A DNA stretch of 64,000 nt from Octopus bimaculoides (lineage: Eukaryota), in the NCBI RefSeq assembly GCF_001194135.2, contig NC_068995.1, forward strand, positions 54,294,321-54,358,320, written 5' to 3'. The translations under genes and the position numbers were made by a program. The stretch's first letter is position 1, and each line of letters begins with the position of its first letter. Below the pieces are notes generated by a model. That model made no database searches. It had not been told where the DNA came from and saw only the letters and a program-made list of their open reading frames with translations. Of this stretch, positions 26,135-38,100 are shown in pieces.

Positions 26135-27009
26135 CACGGTCTGATCAATAAGTATCCGGACTGTTGTCATAATAATGAAGCTAAAGCACGTACAGTTAAA
26201 CCAATCAGTAAAGATTGACCCTGAACTCGGTTGTGCATCGGCATTACTTTCAACGCTCTAACCCTTTTCCACTGTCTACAGGATTGTTTGGAAGGAGGTG
26301 TGTAGCGTGTGATTGTTGCAATTGACCATGACAGAGAAAGTTGTCACGGCGATACCTGCTCACAGTCCTACGTAATGTTGCAGAAAGTTTATGGAGAGGG
26401 GTGCATGAGGCACGCACAAGTGTACAAGTAGTTCAGACGTTTGCAAGGTTGCATAAAAAAAAATGTCGATATTGACGAACGTTCTAGGACACCCGCAACC
26501 AGCAGAACTGAGAAAAACATCGCAGATGTGCGTGCAGCTGTGAGGGGAAATCGTTCAATCACCATCCGTAAGTTATCAGAAAATGTGCAGAATAGTTACC
26601 TTTCAGTTCACTCCATTATAACTGAAGATTTGGTTATGAGACGCGTGTTAGTCAAGATTCTTGCAAAAACTGCTTTCATCTGACCAAAAGCACACTTGGG
26701 TTTCAGTTGCACAATATGTCATTAATTGTGTCAAGAATGGTGAGGACTTTTTGAAAACTTTGTGTATGCCTCTGAGCAGATATCGCAGATTGGCAAAATT
26801 TGATGCAGAATCTCTTCTCAACTTTCTGTGATGGTCTATGCGAAAATCACACGTCACACACCGTCTTTCCAAGTTCTGCTGTAAACAACGAAAGTGAGGT
26901 AGAACGTTAAAGCTGAGTGGGCATCCATAGCAGTGTTCATGGTCAATCTGTGCAAACGGTTAGCTTCGTTAATGTGGCATCAGTCCGGATAGTTATTGAA
27001 GAGACCATG
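26135..27009 (+). mobile_element. Non-autonomous mariner derivative flanked by TA, with transposase N-terminus (HTH region)
   Basis: TA-cacggtctgatcaataagtatccggactg ... cagtccggatagttattgaagagaccatg-TA terminal inverted repeats. Decayed ORF: MLQKVYGE..M.HAQVYK.F.R...DERS.TP.TS.TEKNIADVRAAVRGNRSITIRKLSE...VHSIITEDLVMRRV...LLSSDQK...DFLKT. It stops before the DDD catalytic domain. Confidence 0.92.
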
Positions 27010-27254
27010 TAAATCTATGTATCTATGAGTCTATCAAATATATTGGAGCACGTTGATATTAATCTACGTGTATGCATGTAGGTATATATTCATATAGATA
27101 TGTCTGTGTATGTATAAATATGAATGCCTACGTGCGTTTGTGAATCTGTGCGTATGTATGTGTATGTTTATATATACTAACACGCACACACACATACGCA
27201 CTATATGTCAAAAACAATAAAACGGACAGCAGAATAGGAGCAACGTTTGATGAA

Positions 27255-28300
27255 AAAAATGGATGTTAACGTTTTGAGCTTTAGTTCTTCATCGGAATGA
27301 AGAAAGAGAGAGGACGGGAAAAATACAAATATTGAAATGAAAAGATGTAAGATTAAACATAAAGTGATAAATCAGTTATATGCATTACGACATTATTAGA
27401 AGGGTAAATGAAGGTGTGCATAGGCATATATAAAATGTATTTGATTGGAAGCTGGCAGATAGGGGAGAGGTATGGGTTGAGGCGGTGTGCTTACATGTAT
27501 AGAGGCGTGTATGTCCAGCGGTGTTGATTACTAATAACCTGAGTGTGCTTGCGCGCGCTTGTGTGTGTTTTCATGTGTGTGACTTTCCATGAGTTCTCGA
27601 TAATTGCATGTTGTAAAGAGGTGGAAATGAATGTGAATTCGTTTTGGTCAGTGCATGTTTATAAAAAGGTAAGTTCGAATGTCAAAACTTATTTCAACGA
27701 AAGGAAGTGTTTTAAACAAAAGGTGGTAAATGTTAGAATTATACAAACTGTGTGAGAAGAGAAATAGTCGAAGTAGACGGTAAAAATCCCTACCATAGTT
27801 GCACAAATGCCTGTAATTTATATAGCGGGTGTTTGAGATAGCAAGAAAATTGTAACATCAGCAGAAAAGTAGAGGGAACTGCTGAAGAAGCCGATAAAAT
27901 TAAGAGAAAACGACAATATGATGAAGTGATGGACGAGACATACGCACGTGTTAGACAAAAATTGATTTCGAGACGGAATTTTCCACTTCTGAAATTAGAG
28001 TCGATACTTAGTGTAAAGTATCACGATGGAAACTGATGGTAGTATAAAATCAGTTGTGCTTCAAATAAGAGATGACAAGTGGAAGAGAAAAGAATGTGCG
28101 ATTCACAACTGCTAACCAAAAGTGGAGTGACTGTTATATTGAATAATTGTGTGTGGGTTTGTGTCCCTGCACGTACATGTACGTGTGTGCGTTTGAAACT
28201 AGGAAAATAAGGGTTTTTGCAAAGCAGTACTGCCTTTTTGTATATGTAAGCATATACATGTGTAATTAAGGAGGGGGAGGCCTATTTATATGAACAACAA
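27255..28300 (-). mobile_element. Penelope-like element relic: RT C-terminal remnant and 3' end with decayed hammerhead motif
   Basis: Minus frame ...FELTFL*TCTDQNEFTFISTSLQH (about 27607-27680) resembles the PLE T..Y.KPTD...YL.F.S.HP.H motif. Pyrimidine-rich minus-strand 3' region ends in ttccgatgaagaactaaagctcaaaacgttaac (27262-27297). Confidence 0.55.
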
Positions 28301-28439
28301 TGTACATTAGCGCGTTTGTGCTATATGGGAAATATATGGCTATATGGGAAATATATGGCGTAATTAGTATCCTTTGACAATACAGTGAACTGTCCGTAGA
28401 ACGTTTTCAATAAGGAGACGCATGTTAGCGACAGTTTTG

Positions 28440-29140
28440 CCAAACGGGGCTGAATGAAGGTCATAGAATAAATGATGCATACGGTGGTGAAAAAGGTGCT
28501 GCAGTCGCAGAAGTAATTATTGTAGTGACGATTAATAAAGTGTTGAAGTCAAAGGAAAAAAATAAGGCAGGCGAATCCCTGGAAAGGAGAAGCAGAACTG
28601 GTGTAAATATTATGCCGCACCCTGGGCAGAAAATGTGGAGAGAGTGCTCTCTGCTTCTTAAATTTATGTTTCTGAGTTCTTCATCGTAGGTCCCGAAAAG
28701 ACAAAATCGGTTCTGATCAGTGTAGATAAAATTGCTGGGAGAATGTTGAAGTGCAAGTTCCAGGCTGCTCGATGAGCACAAGGTTGGCGTGTTAAGGACA
28801 TAAGATCTACCTTAAGGTTACAGAGATTCGTACATAGGGGTCTAGGGGAGGGTTTAGACAATGAATGTATAGAGTGTGATGATGAAGTGTTTGGAAACTC
28901 TGAGTGGTAGATGAGAGGAAGATATACGTTAGCAGATGATGAAAAAAAGTATTACTGGGAATGAGAACGGGGCATGCGCAGAGGACAATACTGTAGAATG
29001 TACAGTGACTATTTCTGTTCTTCTGACGTTAGACAGCCACATCAGAATAGTGACCAATTGTGTGCTGGTCTCATGATGATATCGTAACAAGTGAACAAAG
29101 GGAGATGTGAGCGGATGGGCAAAGAATTCAGCCACGTGAG
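28440..29140 (-). mobile_element. Penelope-like element relic: GIY-YIG endonuclease remnant
   Basis: Minus frames read GTCTS.. / NFIYTDQNRFCLFGTYDEELRNIN..SREHSLHIFCPG / ..LFFSFDFNTL, resembling the PLE pattern FTCTS.N.IY / LYIGQT.R.L..RF.EHLR.I / S.HF..PGH / LIF.L.TL. Confidence 0.45.
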
Positions 29141-29197
29141 ATATGTATCTACATAGACAAGTACATACCTAAACACATACATAATACATACATATAA

Positions 29198-29232
<35 letters not shown>

Positions 29233-29687
29233 CTCTTATACAATTATACATACACAACAAACACACACACAAACACACACATATGTATATACTTTTTTAC
29301 AGTCCTATATAAGTGTATATACAATTGAATGTGAACCATATGTGTACATAATATATGTAAATATGTAAATATATACATAAATATATCGATCAAAAAGAAA
29401 TACGTCTAGCAATATAGCTATTGATATTGTTTGATGTTCAAATCGGATTTTCATTATTCCGTTGGTGACATACCACATTCTGTTTGAAGAATACGAAAGA
29501 CGTGTAATTGTCTGGACAGTAATATTAGAAAAGCGGAGTATTAAATGTTCATTTGTCACTATTATGAATGTGAATATTATTGATTAATCTGCTGATGTAT
29601 GTATGTATGTATGTATGTATGTATGTACATATATATATGTATATGGATATTTATATATATATATATGTATTTATATATATGTATATA

Positions 29688-29736
<49 letters not shown>

Positions 29737-31819
29737 NNNNNNNNNNNNNNNNNNNNNNNNNNNNNNNNNNNNNNNNNNNNNNNNNNNNNNNNNNNNNNNN
29801 NNNNNNNNNNNNNNNNNNNNNNNNNNNNNNNNNNNNNNNNNNNNNNNNNNNNNNNNNNNNNNNNNNNNNNNNNNNNNNNNNNNNNNNNNNNNNNNNNNNN
29901 NNNNNNNNNNNNNNNNNNNNNNNNNNNNNNNNNNNNNNNNNNNNNNNNNNNNNNNNNNNNNNNNNNNNNNNNNNNNNNNNNNNNNNNNNNNNNNNNNNNN
30001 NNNNNNNNNNNNNNNNNNNNNNNNNNNNNNNNNNNNNNNNNNNNNNNNNNNNNNNNNNNNNNNNNNNNNNNNNNNNNNNNNNNNNNNNNNNNNNNNNNNN
30101 NNNNNNNNNNNNNNNNNNNNNNNNNNNNNNNNNNNNNNNNNNNNNNNNNNNNNNNNNNNNNNNNNNNNNNNNNNNNNNNNNNNNNNNNNNNNNNNNNNNN
30201 NNNNNNNNNNNNNNNNNNNNNNNNNNNNNNNNNNNNNNNNNNNNNNNNNNNNNNNNNNNNNNNNNNNNNNNNNNNNNNNNNNNNNNNNNNNNNNNNNNNN
30301 NNNNNNNNNNNNNNNNNNNNNNNNNNNNNNNNNNNNNNNNNNNNNNNNNNNNNNNNNNNNNNNNNNNNNNNNNNNNNNNNNNNNNNNNNNNNNNNNNNNN
30401 NNNNNNNNNNNNNNNNNNNNNNNNNNNNNNNNNNNNNNNNNNNNNNNNNNNNNNNNNNNNNNNNNNNNNNNNNNNNNNNNNNNNNNNNNNNNNNNNNNNN
30501 NNNNNNNNNNNNNNNNNNNNNNNNNNNNNNNNNNNNNNNNNNNNNNNNNNNNNNNNNNNNNNNNNNNNNNNNNNNNNNNNNNNNNNNNNNNNNNNNNNNN
30601 NNNNNNNNNNNNNNNNNNNNNNNNNNNNNNNNNNNNNNNNNNNNNNNNNNNNNNNNNNNNNNNNNNNNNNNNTATATATATATATATATACGTTTTAGGT
30701 CTTTTTTCGATGATATATTTAAGAGATCAATATCTATGAATACACCGTACAAGGTCTCATAAATGAAAACAAAATGCTCTTCTATGCTAGTGCATATATG
30801 GCCTAAGGATGCCTTTGGATAAAACGCTATTTCGTTACATCTCTAACACTATTGTCTTCATACAGTCTACATCACCGCTAAACCAACATCTCATAGAATT
30901 AAACTCTGTTTAGCAATCAGCAGAGAAGTGGTAGAAATTTAGAGAAGAATTGCAGTGTGTTATGGCTTCCTGATAACATTTGAACCATTCGTCAAACTAG
31001 CTCCATCTTAAGTGCCATTAAATGTGATTAATAGTTCTGTGTTTAGGAAGCAGTTCCACAGAGGTGAATATTTAAATAATGTATACCGAACAGGAAAAAT
31101 GTTTCAAGACAGTGATAACAGGTGAAAATGTAGGGAGGCAGAATATTATAACGTTGTGTTGCGAAAAAGAATTCATAGAATCATGGAATTTTCTGTATTA
31201 ATATCTTTCAAATTTGAAGAACAAGTTTAGAATATTGATTTCATGTACGAAGGCACAAAGCCAACAATTTTGTAGGTGGGTGATGTTATGGAATAAATCG
31301 AAGGCTGTGTAACATTAATTATTCAGTCGACATGATGAAATTGACAGAAATAGTAACAAACTCCAAAACAATTTGGAGAACTTATCATTCTCCCTTTCTG
31401 AATCACCATGAAATCCATCGCTGTGGGATCTCTAAAATAAGTAATACATTATCACTCAGTCAATCTGCGAAACCCTTTTAGCATGAATTCAAAGCTGTAT
31501 GTGGCAATACGTAGGTAATGCCTGCAACAACGTTTATCGACTTGGTTGAATATAACAAATTGAAACAGAGGACGTAAAACTCAGAATTTAGTCGATTCGC
31601 TTCGTGGTATTTCTTCATTTACGATCTACTTCTCGACATATCGAACAGCAGGACGTTGCTTCATCATACGAGCAATCCGAATAATTTATATTTTCTCTAG
31701 ACGAAGACATGTCAATACTTGGATGATTTATGAGCTCATGTCAGCATTCATAAAAATATTGTGTTCAAACATGCCAGATGTCAGACACACGCATACACAC
31801 ATCAATGCACACATGGATG

Positions 31820-31894
<75 letters not shown>

Positions 31895-31975
31895 NNNNNN
31901 NNNNNNNNNNNNNNNNNNNNNNNNNNNNNNNNNNNNNNNNNNNNNNNNNNNNNNNNNNNNNNNNNNNNNNNNNNN

Positions 31976-32025
<50 letters not shown>

Positions 32026-32839
32026 AACATATATATGAGAAATGTCACGTTGTATTCTTGTGTATGTTAATGCTTTTGTATATACACGAAATTAATATTT
32101 TCATTACGCTATCCTATTTTAAAATAACATGGAATGGCATTTGCTAAGCTTGTGTGTCCTGCAGCGCAAACAGCTGACATCATATATCGCTTACAAATCA
32201 GAATTATTCAAAATGCTCATCAATATAGTTTGTGATAATAGAATATATTTATATGAATTTTTTAAAGTTTTTAAATTTTATAATGTATGCCTAATGACAA
32301 GTGTTGTTAAAAAGAGCGGTGGTTCAAATTTTAGAAAAACAATCGTATTAATTAACTATACGTCCGAATTTTTTTTTTATATACGGTATACTTTCTTTTG
32401 ACTGGTCATATTCAGAAGCAATGATCCAGTGGAATTTTCTTGAATGCTCAAACAAAAATAATTATTTGTGGGTTTAGGATGCATTATTTTTGTTCAATAA
32501 AGTATTGTCATTAATGGGAAGACTAAGACCTACGTGATACTGATGATATATATATGTATGTTATATATGTATGTTATATATGTATGTTATGGGATGAATT
32601 GAAACAGTTGCATATATTTACGTTTTGGTCATATAGTACATTAATTCCTTCACAGTCATGAACATTACTTTCACATTCGAAGCACAAGATGTTTCTTTTG
32701 TAAAGAATATAAGAACAAATATAAACTAAATGTAAATTCTCACAAAATGTAGAAATACAGACAAAAAACAAAATGATAGTGACTGAGATATACGAAAATG
32801 AACAGTTGCATGGTAGTTAATGAGTAATGTTTACGTGAA

Positions 32840-32960
32840 TGTAGGAGTGTGTATGTATGTGGGGTTAAAACAGAATGGCTTTGGGTTCAATCCTACTGCA
32901 CGGCATCCCGGGCTGCCTGAGGTTTTGTGAATGAATTTGATTGATGGAATTTTTTGATAG
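32840..32960 (+). mobile_element. SINE family B, degenerate 5' half
   Basis: gggttcaatcctactgcacggcatcccggg...gaggttttgtgaatgaatttgattgatggaa resembles the 24703 and 40690 copies. Confidence 0.55.
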
Positions 32961-32964
32961 CCTC

Positions 32965-33054
32965 CTGTATAAATGTGTGTGTATGTGTGTCCCCTGCTGT
33001 ATAAATATGTGTGTATGTGTGTCCCCTGCTGTATAAATATGTGTGTATGTGTGT
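32965..33054. repeat. 32-bp minisatellite, about 2.8 copies
   Basis: ctgtataaat(a/g)tgtgtgtatgtgtgtcccctg at 32965, 32997 and (partial) 33029. Confidence 0.92.
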
Positions 33055-33109
33055 GTGTGCGTGTGTGTTTAACGTATGCCTTTCTGTACGTGAATATTTA
33101 ATATATATG

Positions 33110-33241
33110 TCGAGGTTGACCTTGCCTTTCATCCTTTCGGGGTCAATAAATTAAGTACCAGTTGCGTACTGGGGTCGATGTAATGAACTGGCTCTCTCAC
33201 CCAAAATTTCGGGCCTTGTGCCTAGTGTAGAAAAGAATATT
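33110..33241 (+). mobile_element. SINE family A, well-preserved 3' half
   Basis: gtcgaggttgaccttgcctttcatcctttcggggtcaataaattaagtaccagttgcgtactggggtcgat...aatttcgggccttgtgcctagtgtagaaaagaatatt. Confidence 0.9.
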
Positions 33242-33311
33242 TACTATATATGCTCTCTCTATATATGTATGTGTGGCCTTATTTCTATTTATAAACACTG
33301 ATACACACAGG

Positions 33312-33348
<37 letters not shown>

Positions 33349-34215
33349 GCAGGAACACATATCGGTATATATTTATATATATATAAATTCAGTTATCCAT
33401 TTATTGCCTTTAAATATATTGCTTTCTCCAAATCAGTTGATCTTATTTGCATAATTTAATGATTTAAATTCTTGTAATTCAATTAATTTATTATTATTGC
33501 GTTGTAGATTGCAAATTGATAATTAAAGAATATGCATTAAGGTAAAAATTTGACCTGGTTTTCTAATCTACATACTTTTATCTTCCGTACCGTTGTACCT
33601 ACGTACTCAAGATTTCGCTCAAGGGGTTTAATAAAGCCTCTAGCTATTCGTAGCCCGAAAATACCGTGATTGCTCTAGCACTGTTTTTAAGATTTGCATA
33701 ATTAAATTTTTCCTTGAAGAATAATTAGATTATTTAAATTGTTACTGCAGTAACTATCTAAGTGTCGATATTTATGAGAATATACTAAGGTAGACAACAC
33801 AATTGCAGCCGATGTGCTGCGACTTTAGAACAATGTAATACAGCCATAGCTGTTGCGGTCTTTCACATGTATTGGCTCCAATTTCCAATCTTGGTAATTT
33901 CAGCTCAAGAATCCTCATACACATATAATGCAAATAAGAACTATTCATAGATAGATAGAGGATAAATATGTGGAATTTACTCTCAAGATAGAGGAGACGT
34001 ATATAGACACATAAATGCTTAAATAATGGAACTGCACATGAATATCCTTACGTATCTTACGTCTGTATCCAATCCTCCACTTCATTCTGAATTTCATATC
34101 TTCTCTATAATAACTATTACTTAAACATTTTCTCGCTGAAGGGATATATCAAATATCCCCGAAACAGCTGTAAGACCTATTCACAACCTTGGATTTTTTT
34201 AAATCTCATTCTGTT

Positions 34216-34259
<44 letters not shown>

Positions 34260-35349
34260 GATATATATGAACATATATGTCTATGTAGATATATATGTAT
34301 ATATATATATATATATATGTATNNNNNNNNNNNNNNNNNNNNNNNNNNNNNNNNNNNNNNNNNNNNNNNNNNNNNNNNNNNNNNNNNATATTTGTTGCTC
34401 TTGTTGTTGTTGCTATCATTATTATTATTATTTCTACTATTATTTGGAATGCACAGATTGAAAAAAATATTTGCCTCTAATAATACTGGTGACATTCTCA
34501 GAATGTCCTTGCATTCAGAGAGAAACTAATTTTTAAGGTGTTACATTAATTCAATTTATTCTTTAGATTAAACTTAATGAATGTTGAATACGGTATTATT
34601 ATTGCTTCGTGACGCTATCTGAATAGCAATGGGTGATAATGATAATTTTTCTGTTATTTAATGAATATAATACCAACAAATAGAATGAGAGGAAACAATT
34701 TTCGTATATCTCGTATACTTTTCCGAGATTTGTATGCCATGATTGATTTTCACTTCAAGTTATGAAGACAACAAAACGTAAATAAAATGACACTAGGAAA
34801 GAAAAATATTTAGATAGATCACGTATCTGATCGAGTATTTAAATAAAATATTTTCCTTTCTCTAAATTCCGCGTTTTTGGAATTCTAATGGGATGTTCAT
34901 TATAAGGTTAAACTGATTTATGTACACACACACTCACACACATACACACACAGACACGCATATATAAATATATATATGTTTATTTTCCCTCTTTTTTATG
35001 AGTAACTTAGAAGCTAACAAAATCGAACACATTTGTTGATAATCGAGTAAGTTCAAAGAACGTGAAAGCAAAAATCCCAATAGATGTAGTAGTTTTTCTA
35101 TAAGAAACTTGTCGAAGTATATATCACCGTGGCATTTCCACAAAAGGATATAAATGGCCAAAAGTAATTCTTGCGATATTTAATCAAATTTCGCCTCTTT
35201 TGTAGTTCTTTTACTTTTGAGTTATTTGTTTTGAATTCTAACATTATTTATGGAAGAAAATGGTATAATAAATTACGTGGAAATTTTACTTTCCGTATAG
35301 CATAGCTATTTTGTGTGTTGTGATAAGGGATTTTCCTTTTGCAGTTTAT

Positions 35350-35384
<35 letters not shown>

Positions 35385-37789
35385 TATTCCATAGAGTATT
35401 CGAAAATGATCTTAGTTTTGTGAGGTGTTGTTTTGCCAATTTTGTTTCTAAAATAATAAGAATAGAGTGTAATATTATGTAAAGGATATTAATGTAAGAC
35501 TTTTAAACCTTCTTCCGAGTCGTTTCACGTAATTGTAAACGTTAATAGCGTACTACACAATATTTGGAGATATGGCCCCTGTGTTGCATTATTTGGCAAC
35601 ATTCCCGACATCCCGGATTATGGTTTGCTTCAAATAAGTTATATTCTACAATCTGTGTAACAGATACGCACCTCAGATGCTCCGGATCATCTAAACGTGA
35701 CAAATACATAGATGAAATGTAGTTATACTATCTGAATCTGTTCTGTCATCCCTGTCATACAATTTAGAAACTCAAATCATCTTTTAGATATGAACGTAGC
35801 AATATCTCACAATGTATAATTTCCACAACTTTCAAATGTATGAATACGTATAAATTAGATAAAATTAAACAGTGATTCTTATTTTATTGTCGGGTGTTCA
35901 TGATTTAGAGAATTAATAATCATTTGTCTGAAAATATGACATACTTTATGATTTATTAGGAAATCTGACACACTTCATAATTTCTTAGGAAATTCGGCAT
36001 GCTTGAGTAAGTGAAGTAGGTAGTTTAATGATCACTTCTGTCAGAGAGATATGACAGGGCATTACGTTATACATGCTGTTATGTATAGGAATGCTATTCA
36101 TTGGCGTTGTTCAGCGATATAAGTATGTTTAGATATTTGCATGTGGATGTATATACGTACGTATATTTATATATATATATATATTTGTGTGTGTGTATGT
36201 GTTTGTGTGTGTGCGGGCATGTGTGTGTGTGTGTGTGAATTTTTTTTGTATTTGTACATCCATGCATAAGCAAGTGGAAAATGTACACAGGTATACATAT
36301 CCAATCGCACCCATTTACAGAATATATATATATATATATANNNNNNNNNNNNNNNNNNNNNNNNNNNNNNNNNNNNNNNNNNNNNNNNNNNNNNNNNNNN
36401 NNNNNNNNNNNNNNNNNNNNNNNNNNNNNNNNNNNNNNNNNNNNNNNNNNNNNNNNNNNNNNNNNNNNNNNNNNNNNNNNNNNNNNNNNNNNNNNNNNNN
36501 NNNNNNNNNNNNNNNNNNNNNNNNNNNNNNNNNNNNNNNNNNNNNNNNNNNNNNNNNNNNNNNNNNNNNNNNNNNNNNNNNNNNNNNNNNNNNNNNNNNN
36601 NNNNNNNNNNNNNNNNNNNNNNNNNNNNNNNNNNNNNNNNNNNNNNNNNNNNNNNNNNNNNNNNNNNNNNNNNNNNNNNNNNNNNNNNNNNNNNNNNNNN
36701 NNNNNNNNNNNNNNNNNNNNNNNNNNNNNNNNNNNNNNNNNNNNNNNNNNNNNNNNNNNNNNNNNNNNNNNNNNNNNNNNNNNNNNNNNNNNNNNNNNNN
36801 NNNNNNNNNNNNNNNNNNNNNNNNNNNNNNNNNNNNNNNNAACGTGAGTGCTTAGAAAATTCAAATTTCAGGCGAAAACTTTAGGTAGTTTTCTTCACAA
36901 ACCCATTGAATGCAAATTACTGATGTGTGTGCAAACTTATTATCCAGTTTTTTTTTTGTTTGTTTTTTTTTATGCGATGTTCATCATTATGTAATGGATA
37001 TCAGTATCAGTCAATTACTGGTTATGCTGTTATGAGATATAATTAACACCGCTATTAGTCAAGTACTCACGATGGGTTATGGGCTATAATTTTAGTTTGT
37101 GCGTTTGTGTAATAGTTAAAGTATTTTACATATTTTAACAGATTGATTCTATCGGAGTACACCAATCAGTTAAACTACTTGTTCTTCAAATTTTATCCTT
37201 AATTTATTTAAATTTGTCTTGCATATATGTAGGAAAATTATATAAAACAAACACGATACTCGGAATCTGATATTCATTCCTTAGACATGCAGCAATTTAT
37301 CTAAGTTTTATATAAAAACAATATTGATATTCGAAAACAAAACGAATACACGTAGGGTGTAACGATAAAACCACGATTTTCTTCCTTTTATGGCTAACTA
37401 CCAAATAATTTGCTTTCGTATTGGGATGTGCTTTATGTCCATAATCCTTCTCGTTTCTTTGTCATAGTAATATTTATAATTCGTCATTCGCATCTAATTA
37501 TACAAACTGAAATATAAACACGCACACAGTCTGAAATATACAGATGCATACATACAGGCATATAAACCCATGTACATAGATACGATTAACTCTTCAGGCA
37601 TATGATCATCACATCGCGTTAGAAATCATAGATTTTAATGAGAACATAAATATTCTATTTTTAAAACTCATAAAATTATAGCTATCGTATTAATTCAGAT
37701 TAACCTTAAGGGTTGAAGGTAATGATTGTTGGTGTATATAATATAAATATATTATGCACGTGTTATTGTTGGATTTTATATCACTGCCA

Positions 37790-38100
37790 CTTATCCAGGT
37801 TGAATGAATAAAGGTATGTGGGTTAAAGTGAATCCATTTGCATATACATAGAAAGAATCTTGTGCATCGATTTCCTGTCTCAGAACTGATTTTCTGCACC
37901 AGTAGTCTCTGCAACAGGGAAACTGCACAACTCCCATCACCAAAGGCATTCCGATTTATGCTTTTATGGTCTCCGAAGACGTAATGAAATTAACATTCCC
38001 CTGTTGACAAACATACCCTGTAGTGTCATCGTTCATCCTAACAAACATTTATTCAGGATAAAATGTTGAAAGAAATACACGAGCTTTGTTTCTAAGTGCA
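37790..38100 (-). mobile_element. piggyBac-like transposase relic (N-terminal part of the catalytic region), with stops
   Basis: One minus frame reads VFLSTFYPE*MFVRMNDDTTGYVCQQGNVNFITSSETIKA*IGMPLVMGVVQFPCCRDYWCRK, matching the piggyBac pattern F..FF.DE....IV..TN.YA.Q....T...EIKAFIG..I.MG...P..RDYWS. Confidence 0.65.

Noticed and set aside
33741-33754. Perfect 14-bp palindrome gttactgcagtaac (also tccaacggttgga at 10447-10459)
   Set aside because: Isolated short palindromes are expected occasionally in 64 kb, and there is no supporting context.
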